Program-made: the position numbers and the translations under genes
Assembly (NCBI GenBank): GCA_037189585.1
Contig: JBBCJA010000012.1
Span: 133,332 to 197,331 of the forward strand
Length of the DNA stretch: 64,000 bases
DNA from: Selenomonadaceae bacterium
GTDB taxonomy: Bacteria; Vulcanimicrobiota; Xenobia; Xenobiales; JADMJV01
Reading direction: 5' to 3'
The notes under the pieces: model-generated
Database searches by the model: none
Told to the model about the DNA's origin: nothing
What the model saw: only the letters and a program-made list of their open reading frames with translations
In this document: positions 28,002 through 37,751 of the stretch, piece after piece
Layout of the letters: every line of letters starts with the position of its first letter
How positions within the stretch are numbered: the stretch's first letter is position 1

Positions 28002-30076
28002 ATCGGATTCAAGCGGTGAGCCTCTTCGAGGTACGGCCTTCCCTCGGCGAAGCGACCCATGGTCCAAAGAGAAATACCCAGACCGTGCAATGCCCTCGGG
28101 TCAGGCTTTTCTTGCAACAAGAACCGGAAGATGGGCTCGGTCCTTGCCGGCTCGACATAAGGGCTGATGGAATCAGCCACATCATAAAGTAAGGGAATCA
28201 GCTGAAGCGATATCTGAGCCTTGTGTCCAGGGTGAGCCAACGGCATCAGCGAGAGGTCGTAGCGGGCCAGGACCTGATTTTCTATCGCTCTTCTTTCCGC
28301 CTGGTCGTTGATTCTGCCAGCGATCAAAAGCAGCCCGTGGTAGCTGCCTGGAAAGTTGTAAGGGTCGAGCTGTAGAGAGGCCTGGTAAAGCCTTCTAGCT
28401 TCCGGGTACTTTTCTTCGCGGTAGGCCACATCGGCGGCCAACTGGTAAGCCGCGGCGGTCCGGGGAGAGTTTTCCAGAACACGCTGGGCCAAAACCCGCA
28501 AATCTTCCAACGGCGCCTCATCGCGGAGGCCGTACTGCAAAGCCGATAAGGCGGGAGCCGACCAGGCTGGAATCCGGTCGGAGATCGAGCGGCTCTGAGT
28601 GTAGGCCCGCGCCACGGTCAGCTCCTGGAGACTTCGAGCGTAGTCTCTTTGAGCTCCCCAAAAATACAACGGCAGAGCCGCAAGTCCGAGAAATCCGAGC
28701 GAGCGAGCGCGCCCTGTCGAAGAAGGTAGCGCCGGAGCGGAAAGCGCCGACATGATCATGGCAAGCACCACCCACAGATACGCGAAATGATAGCCTACCT
28801 CGACCTGAGCGTAGATCATTCCTGAAACGACACCGATGAAAAGTCCTCGCTGCCAGGGGTGTTCTTGCGGACAGGGGTTGATGCGCCGTCCCTCCAAGGC
28901 GAGCCAGAGTCCGAAAATAGCCAGTCCCAGCAGACCGAGTTCAGCCGCCATCTCGCAGATAGCGTTGTGGGCCGAATCGCTGTAGTAGTAATACAACTTC
29001 TGAACTTGAGGATAGGCCTCTCCGAACCGTCCCGGCCCGACGCCCAAAATGGGATATTTCAAGCCCAGAGCCAACCCTGTTCTCCAAAGCTCGATCCGGC
29101 TAACCGCCGAATTGTCCTTACCCGAGAGCTCTTGCCAACGCGACTGTGCCGTGACCTCCTGAGAAACTGGAGGGCGCAGTGCCGAGGTCAGAAAAAACGA
29201 CAGCATGGATACGGCAACCAGTGCGACGGCACGCATTCCGACGGAGCGAGGGATACGTCCCTTCCAAACCTCGAGCAACGATGGAAGCGAGGCCAGGACC
29301 GCGACACAGATCATCAAACCCTGGCCGGAAAAGAGCCCTCGGATAGCGACCAGACCTGCCAATCCCAATAGCCAAAAGCATCCCCAGGCCAGCAGTCTGC
29401 GCCATGAACACCGGCCTTCCAACAAGAGCAGGCCGACGAATCCAAAGAGCATCACAAGCCAGGCCGCTCGCGAGATTGTCAACAAAAGAGTCACAATAGC
29501 CAGGATGGACGGAAGCAGCGCGGCCATGGCGGTCCTCGGTTTGGCCAGGAGAAACTCGTGAAAAGCCAGTGGCGCCACCATCAATAGCCAACTCGCCAGC
29601 ACCCCGGGAAGTTGAAACGGTCCGGCCGCGCGCTCACCCGGTTCGGTCAGCGAAATTAAGCAGATCAACACGATCGGAATGTGAACCCAAAAAACTCGTA
29701 CGGCTAAAGACGGTCGAGCGGGTCGAAGATAAGGTGTCGCCAAATAAGCGCAAGCCGCGGCGAACCATCCCTGGGAGAAAAAAAAAGAGTTGAGAATCTC
29801 CGACCCGGTCAAACACGAAACCACACTGTGGGCTAGAAACGCTAAAGCGCACCAGCCCGGCCACGAAAGCGAGCGGCCTTGAAAACGGATGCTAGCCCCC
29901 GAGGTGGCTAGAGCTACCAGCGTCAACATCAAGACTTCGCTCCGGCTAGCGTCGTTAATCCCAATTGCTGGGGCGGTGAAAATAAAACCAAACCCGGGGA
30001 ACAGAAGCTCCCACAGGGGAGGTAAAATCGGCAACCACCAAAGAGTTAGTAAGGCCATCCGTCCACAAGCCGTCAT
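27983..30076 (-). CDS. O-antigen ligase (Wzy_C)-like polytopic membrane protein fused to C-terminal TPR repeats
   Basis: It has more than 10 TM helices and the LTISRAAWLVMLFGFVG motif. The C-terminal ~230 aa are TPR-like (AYQLAADVAYREEKYPEARRLYQASLQLDP..). Confidence 0.7.
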   Translation of the reverse strand: MTACGRMALLTLWWLPILPPLWELLFPGFGFIFTAPAIGINDASRSEVLMLTLVALATSGASIRFQGRSLSWPGWCALAFLAHSVVSCLTGSEILNSFFFSQGWFAAACAYLATPYLRPARPSLAVRVFWVHIPIVLICLISLTEPGERAAGPFQLPGVLASWLLMVAPLAFHEFLLAKPRTAMAALLPSILAIVTLLLTISRAAWLVMLFGFVGLLLLEGRCSWRRLLAWGCFWLLGLAGLVAIRGLFSGQGLMICVAVLASLPSLLEVWKGRIPRSVGMRAVALVAVSMLSFFLTSALRPPVSQEVTAQSRWQELSGKDNSAVSRIELWRTGLALGLKYPILGVGPGRFGEAYPQVQKLYYYYSDSAHNAICEMAAELGLLGLAIFGLWLALEGRRINPCPQEHPWQRGLFIGVVSGMIYAQVEVGYHFAYLWVVLAMIMSALSAPALPSSTGRARSLGFLGLAALPLYFWGAQRDYARSLQELTVARAYTQSRSISDRIPAWSAPALSALQYGLRDEAPLEDLRVLAQRVLENSPRTAAAYQLAADVAYREEKYPEARRLYQASLQLDPYNFPGSYHGLLLIAGRINDQAERRAIENQVLARYDLSLMPLAHPGHKAQISLQLIPLLYDVADSISPYVEPARTEPIFRFLLQEKPDPRALHGLGISLWTMGRFAEGRPYLEEAHRLNPIYPAPP

Positions 30077-31158
30077 GTCTTCTCCGTCTCGGGCATATCC
30101 ACCGTTTTGAGGCGTCCCGAAGTTTCGAAAAGTTCCAAAAAATTGCCTCGAAGTATCTGCGCTATGGGGCGGGTAAAATCCAGCTTGTCACACAGGATCT
30201 GAATCACCGCCGTGATCGGGACCGCCAGCAACGCGCCCACACCACCCCACAGAGCCGTCCAGACAGTTAAGGCCAGAAGTACTACTACCGGTGACAGGTC
30301 CATGGTGTCGCCCAACAGCTGAGGTTCCAGGACGTTTCCTATCATAAAGTGTATGATTCCTGGAAGTACCAAGGCCAAAATAGCTTCCGTTCGACTGACA
30401 TCCGGGCTGACCAGAATCATGGGAAGTGGCAAGAAGGTGGCCGCGATGGAACCGACGTTGGGGATAAAGTTCAAAAGAACCGTCAACAGTCCGAAGACCA
30501 ACGCCAACTCGATATCGAGGAGCCACAGGATCAATCCCGCCATCGCACCGTTGAGCAGGGCCAAGGCGGTCTTGACCTGGATGTACTTTTTCACCTTCTC
30601 ATTGATGTCGTCGAGAACACTGGGCAACGGCACATAGTGGGAGCGACTTCCAAACAGCATGAACATCAAGAACAAGATCACCACAGTGGACTGGCTCAAA
30701 ATGTAGATAATGCTGTTGGTCATGGCGGCGATGAACGTTCCGATGCCGACCGAGAACTGCTCAAACTGCCCTTGGGACAAGGCGCGGAAGCGCTCTCCCA
30801 CCACTGGGAATCTGGAAGAAACGCTCTCGAGAAGCCCTTCGATCTGTTTGACATAGATGTCGGAACTCTCCAGAAGCTGACTGAACGAGTTGGTCAGAAT
30901 CGAGCTTGTTCCCAGGATCGCCACCACTGTGCCGGCCATGGTCAGAGTGACCGCTAGAGCATGGGGCAATCGACAGCGCAAGGTCATCCAGGCCACGATC
31001 GGATCGAGAAGTTGAAAAATAAAGAGCGCCAGAACGAAGGGAATGAGCACCGCGCTCATCCAGTAAGCCACCGCGCCCAGCAAACATGTCGTGATGATCA
31101 AAAGACAAGCGGTTTGAAGCTGGCGTTCTCGCTCCCAGCGCTCGCGACGCCCTTTCAT
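30073..31158 (-). CDS. AI-2E (PerM/UPF0118) family transporter
   Basis: The start MKGRRERWE is in an ATGA overlap with the upstream permease. It contains FIPNVGSIAATFLPLPMILV and typical TM topology. The track extension to 31461 overlaps the permease gene. Confidence 0.8.
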   Translation of the reverse strand: MKGRRERWERERQLQTACLLIITTCLLGAVAYWMSAVLIPFVLALFIFQLLDPIVAWMTLRCRLPHALAVTLTMAGTVVAILGTSSILTNSFSQLLESSDIYVKQIEGLLESVSSRFPVVGERFRALSQGQFEQFSVGIGTFIAAMTNSIIYILSQSTVVILFLMFMLFGSRSHYVPLPSVLDDINEKVKKYIQVKTALALLNGAMAGLILWLLDIELALVFGLLTVLLNFIPNVGSIAATFLPLPMILVSPDVSRTEAILALVLPGIIHFMIGNVLEPQLLGDTMDLSPVVVLLALTVWTALWGGVGALLAVPITAVIQILCDKLDFTRPIAQILRGNFLELFETSGRLKTVDMPETEKT

Positions 31159-32363
31159 CCGGCATCCTCCGGGCCCTGGAGGCTCTTCGGGGTGGGAACG
31201 ACCGCGTAAACGGCGAGCCCGGTGACCAGAGTGGCCAAAGCTCCCCAACCGACGGACGGGTTCACCAACAGTGCCGCCACGGAGGTGATCATCGCGCCCA
31301 GAAGATAGATCGTCGGCCAGAGGTAATTCGGACGTGCTCGGGCCGGGAGACGAAAGACCATGGCCACCGTCATGGCCGAAACCAGAGAAAGAACTAAACT
31401 GAGGTAGCCGAGTTGCTGGAAAAGGTCGGACCAAAGCGTCATCACGACGGCGATGGCACACTGCAAGGCTGAAGCTTGAGCCAGAGTCAACGGCGGCAAG
31501 AACCCATCTTCTCCCATTTTCTTCACCACCCTTGGCCCGGAGACCGCCGTGCCGGATATTAGAGTGAACAAGGAAAGAAGGACCAGAGCTCTCACCCCTT
31601 CAGCCAGACCCGTTCCTCCAAGCGCCTGGGCCGAGGCCAACGCGATCCCTGGAACCTTCAAGCTCTCCACCGGAGCCGAGAACAAAAAGACCGCGTTGAC
31701 GCAAAGGTACAGAACGGCTGTGATCACAGTACCCCAGAACATGGCCCGCGGGATGTCTCGACGTGGCTCCTGACACTCCTCGGCCACGTAGATGGCGGCG
31801 TTAAATCCGGTGAAGGACAGCGTTACCATCAGGACCGCGTAGGCCCATGTGGCCCATCCGGCCACCGGCTCTGTGGCCGGGGGAGCCGCCACCGAAGGCG
31901 GTAACAAGCTCCACCCGACCAGGATAAAACCGGCTAGAAAGAGCGCTTTCAGAGTGACCGTGAGGTTCTGTAGCAGGGTTCCGAAGCGGACCAGGAACCC
32001 CTGGGAGATGGACAGGAAAACCAGTAAGCCGACCCCCAATCCTTTCTCCACTTCATTGGAGAAGGGAAGGTACTCCGCCATGGCCAGCGCCCCGTAGGCT
32101 TGAGCTCCCGCGAACCCCGCTAGCAACGAGACCCAGCCCGCGATAAATCCCGCGGCGGGATGCCACAAGCGAGACAAGAAAAGATACTCTCCACCCGAAA
32201 GCGGGAGAGCCCGCGCCAGCGCGGCGAAAGATTGCGCACCAGACAAGGCCAGCAACGCGGCCAGAGCCCAGACCAACAGCACGGCCTGCGGCGTCCCGAG
32301 GTCGCGCAGAGTGAAACCCGAGGTGGTGTACACACCGGCGCCGATGGTGTTGGCCACCACCAA
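31155..32363 (-). CDS. APC-superfamily amino-acid permease
   Basis: VANTIGAGVYTTSGF and 11-12 TM helices. The true start is uncertain. The frame stays open to 32417 and encodes KSVKFGFPSLTCLV (the expected first half of TM1), but there is no ATG, GTG or TTG upstream of 32363. Confidence 0.7.
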   Translation of the reverse strand: MVVANTIGAGVYTTSGFTLRDLGTPQAVLLVWALAALLALSGAQSFAALARALPLSGGEYLFLSRLWHPAAGFIAGWVSLLAGFAGAQAYGALAMAEYLPFSNEVEKGLGVGLLVFLSISQGFLVRFGTLLQNLTVTLKALFLAGFILVGWSLLPPSVAAPPATEPVAGWATWAYAVLMVTLSFTGFNAAIYVAEECQEPRRDIPRAMFWGTVITAVLYLCVNAVFLFSAPVESLKVPGIALASAQALGGTGLAEGVRALVLLSLFTLISGTAVSGPRVVKKMGEDGFLPPLTLAQASALQCAIAVVMTLWSDLFQQLGYLSLVLSLVSAMTVAMVFRLPARARPNYLWPTIYLLGAMITSVAALLVNPSVGWGALATLVTGLAVYAVVPTPKSLQGPEDAG

Positions 32364-32398
32364 ACAGGTCAGGCTTGGAAAACCAAATTTGACCGATT

Positions 32399-32497
32399 TC
32401 AGTTGTCGCGACCCTTCTTACTAGAAAGCAGGAACGCCGCCGCCGCTCCCCCGGTTATCACCAGGACGAGGAGAACGAGAATCGAAAGAATCGCCAT
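32399..32497 (-). CDS. possible 32-aa single-TM micro-protein upstream of the permease
   Basis: Hand translation: MAILSILVLLVLVITGGAAAAFLLSSKKGRDN. The stop TGA abuts the open permease frame. The RBS is weak. Confidence 0.25.
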   Translation of the reverse strand: MAILSILVLLVLVITGGAAAAFLLSSKKGRDN

Positions 32498-32514
32498 CGC
32501 GATGCTTTCGTTAA

Positions 32515-33237
32515 ATGAAACCGGTTTCACTGCCTGAGGAGCGTCCATCCTGGGATGCTGACCGGCAGCGCTCCGAACTTCGGGGCTTCTCCCGCTTGCG
32601 AGCCATCCTATGGAAGCGCTCGCTCCTGCTCTACCAAAGTTACTGTTTGGCTGGAACTTCCTGGTATTTTCCTCTCATCAGGGCACTTCGCAAAGGCCCC
32701 TCCCCCTGGGAACTTCTCTCCGCCACACGAGTGAAAAAGAAAGCGGACATCTTTGGAGAGACCCCTATTTTGACCACCGTCCGTCTCCTGGAAACCGCTG
32801 AGGCCATCCACGGCCACCTCCCCAGACCGTTTGTGGATCTCGGCTGTGGCCGGGGGGTCACCTGTTTGACCGCGGCAAGCCTCGGCTACGAGTCCCTCGG
32901 GGTCGAACAGGAAGAGAGCTGGGTGGGCTCGGCTCAAGCCGTGGCCCATGAGTTGTCCTTACCCGCGCGCTTTGAATCGGGAGACTTGCGCCTGGCGAAG
33001 TGGCCGGAGGGGGGTACCTACCTGGCCGTGGCTACCGCCTTTCCTCTGGAACTGCGAAAGAGTATAGTGGAGCGGTGGCGGACCTTGCCCCCCGAGAGCA
33101 CCGTGATCATCACGGGAGACTGGGACCTTTCCGAGGAAGGGTTCGAGCGGCTCTGGAGCGGACGATTTCCGGTGGATTGGGGAACCGCCACTTTCGCTTT
33201 ATGGAAGCCTGCTAAACCTCTTGAAGCAGTGCCTTGA
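32515..33237 (+). CDS. class I SAM-dependent methyltransferase
   Basis: FVDLGCGRGVTCLTAA (motif I) in a Rossmann-type context. The 3' end overlaps the convergent S8 peptidase gene by 26 nt. Confidence 0.55.
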   Translation: MKPVSLPEERPSWDADRQRSELRGFSRLRAILWKRSLLLYQSYCLAGTSWYFPLIRALRKGPSPWELLSATRVKKKADIFGETPILTTVRLLETAEAIHGHLPRPFVDLGCGRGVTCLTAASLGYESLGVEQEESWVGSAQAVAHELSLPARFESGDLRLAKWPEGGTYLAVATAFPLELRKSIVERWRTLPPESTVIITGDWDLSEEGFERLWSGRFPVDWGTATFALWKPAKPLEAVP

Positions 33238-35068
33238 TCGCCGGCAAAGTGAGTTTTCCACGCCCCCAGGTCGCGTTGGGCAAGGCACCGGTGTAAGTGT
33301 CCTCCTTGAGATGCTTGTCCAAAAGAGTGCGTACCTGAGCCAGGGTCAACTTCGGGTTTTTCTCCAGCAGTAGCGCCATGACTCCGGCTGAATAGGGTGT
33401 CGCGGCGCTAGTACCGTTGAACAGAGTATATTGCCCTGAGGTCTCAAAGAGCTTCTTGTCCCGCACATCGGCGGAACCGGGCGCGGTCCACCACTGTCCG
33501 GGCGCGATAAAGTCCGGTTTGAGCCGCCCAAGGCGCGTTAAGCCGGGATTGGAATAGCCGGAAACGTCTCCCACTGTCATGGCGGCCATCTCATCGCTGT
33601 CGGGGACCTCCACGCCCAGCTGAAGCTTTCTACCGTCTTTTTCAAAAAACGGATTAAAGTCGTAACTTCCCACGGACAACACATTCTGAGCGTTGCCCGG
33701 ATAGCAGACAAGCTCCTCGAAAGTAGCCACACCTCGGTCGAAAGCCGCCGCTTTCCCGCCGATATGACCGCTGATGTAAGCGTCGAAGTGTCCCGGCTTG
33801 CCGGCGGTCGAGACGATCTCTATCTGGTCGAGTCCAGGGGTGATCTCGAAGCGCCAGACTGTCTGACCGGTCACGCCATGCCTGTAGCCACTGGTTTCAA
33901 TCTTTGGAGAAACCGACAAGCTGGAATCGGCCGAGTCGAAATAAACCGAAACCTCCACCGAGTCTTCCTGGGTGACCTTGGGGAACTTGAGAATTCCAGC
34001 GCGGTCCGCGCCCCCGTAGTCGCCGCTGGCGTGAATTCGGTCCTGACCTTCGTTACCGGCCGCGAAAAGAACCAGGCGTCCCGGGCGCTGTTCGGGGAAA
34101 CGTTCGTCCATCTGTCGCTCCACGATAGTGGAACCGTCGTGGCCGCTGCGATGCCCACCCCAACTGTTGGAGATCACCAGGGGACGCGCTCCGGCCTTCG
34201 AATCGAGCCAATCCAAGATGGCCGGAAGAAGATAGGTATTGAGAGACTGATCTCCCAGGCGAACCCCGATAAGCTCCGCTTCGCTGGCCACTCCGGCGTA
34301 GCGACCGTCGGCTAGGGCCTGACCGTTGCCCGCCGCGATCCCCGCGCAAGCCGTTCCATGGCCATCACGGTCCCAAACGATCTCCGGACGCTCTTTCTCC
34401 GACTTGGCCAGATAAGCGTTGATGTCGTCTCGGCTATAGATCACTCCGATCGACTGATCGTCGGGGTATTTGAACGGAGCCGCGGTACCGAAACCCGATC
34501 TCGTCTCGGTCGTATCCCAGATAGCGGAAAACCGTGACACCAACTTGCCGTCGGGCCCAATCTTCTGAAAGTCAGGATGGCGAACGTCGAATCCTGTGTC
34601 CACGACCGCCAGCATCACCCCTTTACCAGTGAATCCCTCGAGCCCCTTCTTCACTACCGCCTCGGAGCTCGCTCGGGTCGCCTGAACCGGCTTTGCCTGA
34701 GGCGGTAAAGGGACGGTCACGCTGCGATTGTAGTCGAGCCAACTCAACTTGGGAGCGGCCGCGATCTCTTCGAGCGCCTGGTCGTTGGGCTGGGCGAAGA
34801 TATCGACGAATCGGCCGGAGCGATGAAAGACGCTAGAAAATTTCGGTTGGAAGGCCGTGGCCGAGGCAACGTCGGCGAACTCTAGATGAAAGACACGATA
34901 GGTTTCGCCCGATGACGTCGCGGACTTTCCCGTGGAGACTTCGGAACGCGACTTAACCGTTTCCAGGTACCCCTTCTCGAAATGAAACGGTTGGGCGTTA
35001 GCGGTAGCGATCGCGGAGAAGAGAAGAATTCCGGCAAAGGTGGCTTGGTGAGTACGGGAAATAACCAT
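33212..35068 (-). CDS. secreted S8 (subtilisin-like) serine peptidase
   Basis: Signal peptide ..LLFSAIATANA. Catalytic triad contexts: VAVVDTGFD, HGTACAGIAAGNG, GTSAATPYSAGVMALL. Confidence 0.85.
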   Translation of the reverse strand: MVISRTHQATFAGILLFSAIATANAQPFHFEKGYLETVKSRSEVSTGKSATSSGETYRVFHLEFADVASATAFQPKFSSVFHRSGRFVDIFAQPNDQALEEIAAAPKLSWLDYNRSVTVPLPPQAKPVQATRASSEAVVKKGLEGFTGKGVMLAVVDTGFDVRHPDFQKIGPDGKLVSRFSAIWDTTETRSGFGTAAPFKYPDDQSIGVIYSRDDINAYLAKSEKERPEIVWDRDGHGTACAGIAAGNGQALADGRYAGVASEAELIGVRLGDQSLNTYLLPAILDWLDSKAGARPLVISNSWGGHRSGHDGSTIVERQMDERFPEQRPGRLVLFAAGNEGQDRIHASGDYGGADRAGILKFPKVTQEDSVEVSVYFDSADSSLSVSPKIETSGYRHGVTGQTVWRFEITPGLDQIEIVSTAGKPGHFDAYISGHIGGKAAAFDRGVATFEELVCYPGNAQNVLSVGSYDFNPFFEKDGRKLQLGVEVPDSDEMAAMTVGDVSGYSNPGLTRLGRLKPDFIAPGQWWTAPGSADVRDKKLFETSGQYTLFNGTSAATPYSAGVMALLLEKNPKLTLAQVRTLLDKHLKEDTYTGALPNATWGRGKLTLPAIKALLQEV

Positions 35069-35080
35069 CCGGGAGGTTTC

Positions 35081-35545
35081 TTAATGAGCCGAGGGGTCCC
35101 TTCCCTCTACCGCTTCTTGGATCAGACTATCCCAGTCGCTCGGCGGGTTCTCTTCGCGCCAGACCGAGACGTCGGCTTCATAGACCTTCTGATAAAAATC
35201 ATCCCAGTCAGCGAAAAAACGAGTGTGAGGGAATTCGGGTGAGGGCCGACTGCGGCGGCACCAGGTTAGGTGCACTAAGGCGAAGCCGTCCACCGTCTGG
35301 ACCAAAACATCGTCCGAATCAGCCCGAATGGCCAGAGTCTTGACGATATTGCCGTAGAGAGGATGCGGCGGTGTCAATTCAGCCTCAAGTTGACTCTTGA
35401 GAAAATCGGAGTTCTCGGTCGGCTCCCACGGCTCCTCGAAGGTAAAATCTGACGTCACGAAGAGTCCGCTTCGCTTCGAATTCCATCCCTCCTGGAGCCC
35501 TTGACTTCGAGGGACCCGGCCTTGGCCCCACGAAAGAAACTCCAT
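35081..35545 (-). CDS. hypothetical protein
   Basis: Codon usage is acceptable and I recognise no domain. The start is uncertain because the ATG shares a CATG with the divergent gene. Confidence 0.4.
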   Translation of the reverse strand: MEFLSWGQGRVPRSQGLQEGWNSKRSGLFVTSDFTFEEPWEPTENSDFLKSQLEAELTPPHPLYGNIVKTLAIRADSDDVLVQTVDGFALVHLTWCRRSRPSPEFPHTRFFADWDDFYQKVYEADVSVWREENPPSDWDSLIQEAVEGRDPSAH

Positions 35546-35882
35546 GCAGTCTCATTGCCTCAACCACCAGGACAAAGTCGCCACCCACCGCTGCGTCTCG
35601 TGCCTCAAACCGCTCTGCGAAAACTGTATTCAGACCTTTCCCGAGGGGGTCTTCTGTGGTGAGGACTGCCATTCCAAAGCCGAGGCTACCTCTCAACGCG
35701 CCGCGGCTATCGCCAAGTCCGATCGAGAACTGGCCGAATGGCAACAGCGTCAGATGGCTTTCAAGATCATCGCGACGGTGGTGGTGGGCTTTGGGCTTTT
35801 CTTCGGATGGGATCACCTACCCACAGTACTCACCTCTAATGTGGAGAAGCTCTGGGCCGCCATCAAAGGCCTCTTCGGTTAA
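35544..35882 (+). CDS. B-box-like zinc-finger protein with a C-terminal TM helix
   Basis: The N-terminus has C-x2-H..C-x2-C-x3-C-x2-C..C-x3-CH spacing (MQSHCLNHQDKVATHRCVSCLKPLCENC..FCGEDCH). The TM segment is FKIIATVVVGFGLFFGW. Confidence 0.5.
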   Translation: MQSHCLNHQDKVATHRCVSCLKPLCENCIQTFPEGVFCGEDCHSKAEATSQRAAAIAKSDRELAEWQQRQMAFKIIATVVVGFGLFFGWDHLPTVLTSNVEKLWAAIKGLFG

Positions 35883-35946
35883 AGCCTGAACATATTCCAA
35901 GTTTGACTTGAAAATTTATCCCATAAAGGGTAAGGTCTGTCCTACC

Positions 35947-37200
35947 ATGGCAACGTCGCGACGCCCTCTATCTCGCCAAATATCCCAATTTGGGGCCCTG
36001 GCCCTGGCCCTTCAGCTCTTTCTGAACTCCGGTTGTCAACCAGCTACCGATCCTAGTCCCACCTTCAGCGCGAGCACCACTCCGGCGGCCACCGGCTCCC
36101 CCGCGGCCGTGGCCACTCCCCTCTCCTACGAAGAGATCCTCCAGCGCTACCAAGCCTCCGTGAAACCTTCTGAAAACGGGTGGTCAGAGCTGTCGGCTTT
36201 TCTAAAGGGGACCGCCGAGGAGGCGCCCACCGAGATGGAAAACGCGGCGGAGCTAGATCTCGACATACCCGCCGATGCCACCGCCTTCGATGACAAGGTT
36301 TTGCCCCTACTTCGCTCAGCCTTTACCAAGACCGCCTTCACGGGAGCTCCCAAGCTGCTCTCCGGCCAGGATCCGATCAATCCTCATTATCGTGATCTTC
36401 GCGCGCTGTGCGACCTTTTGACCAAGCGTGCCGATCAGCTCTGGGCCTCTGACAAGAAAGAGCAAGCCTTGGAACTCGTGGAGCTGCCTCTGTCGCTGGC
36501 CCACTCTTTGCAAAGCCGGCCAGAGACCGTCAGCGTCAACGATTTCAGCTCCAAATACGCCGCGGTCGCCCTTGCCACCATTGCTGACTGGGCCAGCACC
36601 AACACCCTGGTTCAGCCCCAGCTCGACACATTGAGCTCGATCTTGGCCAAATACAGACCTGACTACGATCATATGGCCCTATCCATTTCCGTGGATTTCG
36701 CCTCGCTGGAAAATTCCATCGACAATCAGGAGATCCGAACCGGTATCCTGGGATTGGGACTTTCCAAACCCGAGGAGATCAAACAGTGGAAAGAGCAGCT
36801 TCGCTCCTTGCGCGGAGAGGCCCAAAAACTGTACGATCTGACTCCCATCGATGCGAAAGCTTTCAACGACGCGGTTCTCAAACTCGCGCCTCCCATCCAG
36901 GGGATCGTCGTCGATTATCCCAACATCGCCGCCATGCAGAAGCGTTCTCACGCTTCTTACCTGGCTACGGAGCTGGCCCTCACTCTGGAAAAACACCGAC
37001 TCGCGAAAGGCAAGGAATCTCTCACGTCCGAACAGACTTTCGAGCGAACCTTCGCCTCCGATGCCGTGGCACGGCAGGTCGCCCAGGCCTTGTTGGAAGT
37101 TCGTCCCGGACCTACCCCTTCCCAATTCACCATCGCGGGTCGCTCGGGGATGTTCACCCTGGTCTCGCCTGACCCGAACGTTATCTTTTATCAGAGATAG
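35947..37200 (+). CDS. putative lipoprotein, unknown function
   Basis: MATSRRPL..FGALALALQLFLNSGC is lipobox-like, and the remainder is helical. The ATG at 35947 is preferred over the TTG at 35908. Confidence 0.55.
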   Translation: MATSRRPLSRQISQFGALALALQLFLNSGCQPATDPSPTFSASTTPAATGSPAAVATPLSYEEILQRYQASVKPSENGWSELSAFLKGTAEEAPTEMENAAELDLDIPADATAFDDKVLPLLRSAFTKTAFTGAPKLLSGQDPINPHYRDLRALCDLLTKRADQLWASDKKEQALELVELPLSLAHSLQSRPETVSVNDFSSKYAAVALATIADWASTNTLVQPQLDTLSSILAKYRPDYDHMALSISVDFASLENSIDNQEIRTGILGLGLSKPEEIKQWKEQLRSLRGEAQKLYDLTPIDAKAFNDAVLKLAPPIQGIVVDYPNIAAMQKRSHASYLATELALTLEKHRLAKGKESLTSEQTFERTFASDAVARQVAQALLEVRPGPTPSQFTIAGRSGMFTLVSPDPNVIFYQR

Positions 37201-37313
37201 CAGCCGACAGGCAAACGTTTACAAATTCGCAATAAGCCCCGGTCTCTGGCAGCTCTCCGGTGGGTGAGCTCTGGCATCATTCTCCTCAAGACAGACGTTT
37301 GGAGGTTTAAGAG

Positions 37314-37751
37314 ATGAGCACAGTTATGGTCCCCCCTGGCAGACCCAATCCTATGGATCCGAGTAACCACTATCCGGGTCTCAAATTCCCGCCGTTCAAG
37401 CTTCCCAACGAAAAGCAGGACTTCCCCACCCTGTCTCCTGAGGACATGATGATCGTCTGCTTCCCAACCGATCTGCCTATCAACAAGAAGGCCGACTCGC
37501 CTATCTTCAAAAATACCGATGGCGGTTGGCGCCGTCCAGTGGAGAATCAGGCAACCGATTGCTGGGAAATTCCCGGTCGACCAAAGCTCAACCAGATCAA
37601 TGTTCAAGCTAGCCGTTTCCCCACGGGCAGCCTCCAGGTCACCAATCGGGACATGCGCGCCCAGGTCGAAAGCTTCGACTTCAACTCCAACAAGAAGCTC
37701 GCCATGGGGGATCGAATGATGGAAAGCGCCCTGCGCGCTCGACAATCCTAA
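37314..37751 (+). CDS. hypothetical protein (145 aa)
   Basis: A GGAGG RBS lies 8 nt upstream. Third-position GC bias is strong on this strand, unlike the overlapping minus-strand ORF at 37191-37745. Confidence 0.5.
   Translation: MSTVMVPPGRPNPMDPSNHYPGLKFPPFKLPNEKQDFPTLSPEDMMIVCFPTDLPINKKADSPIFKNTDGGWRRPVENQATDCWEIPGRPKLNQINVQASRFPTGSLQVTNRDMRAQVESFDFNSNKKLAMGDRMMESALRARQS

Noticed and set aside
30073-31461. N-terminal extensions of track ORFs. Examples: AI-2E to 31461, YdjM-like to 15784, GT4 from 26562, pseudopilins to 46972 and 47559, DUF2126 to 63819.
   Set aside because: The extensions overlap the upstream gene in another frame. Internal starts give ATGA/TTGA coupling or good RBS spacing, and they begin exactly where family similarity begins.
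37191-37745. A 184-aa minus-strand ORF overlapping the 37314-37751 plus ORF.
   Set aside because: The plus ORF has a GGAGG RBS and much better third-position bias. The minus ORF would also run into the 3' end of the upstream lipoprotein gene.
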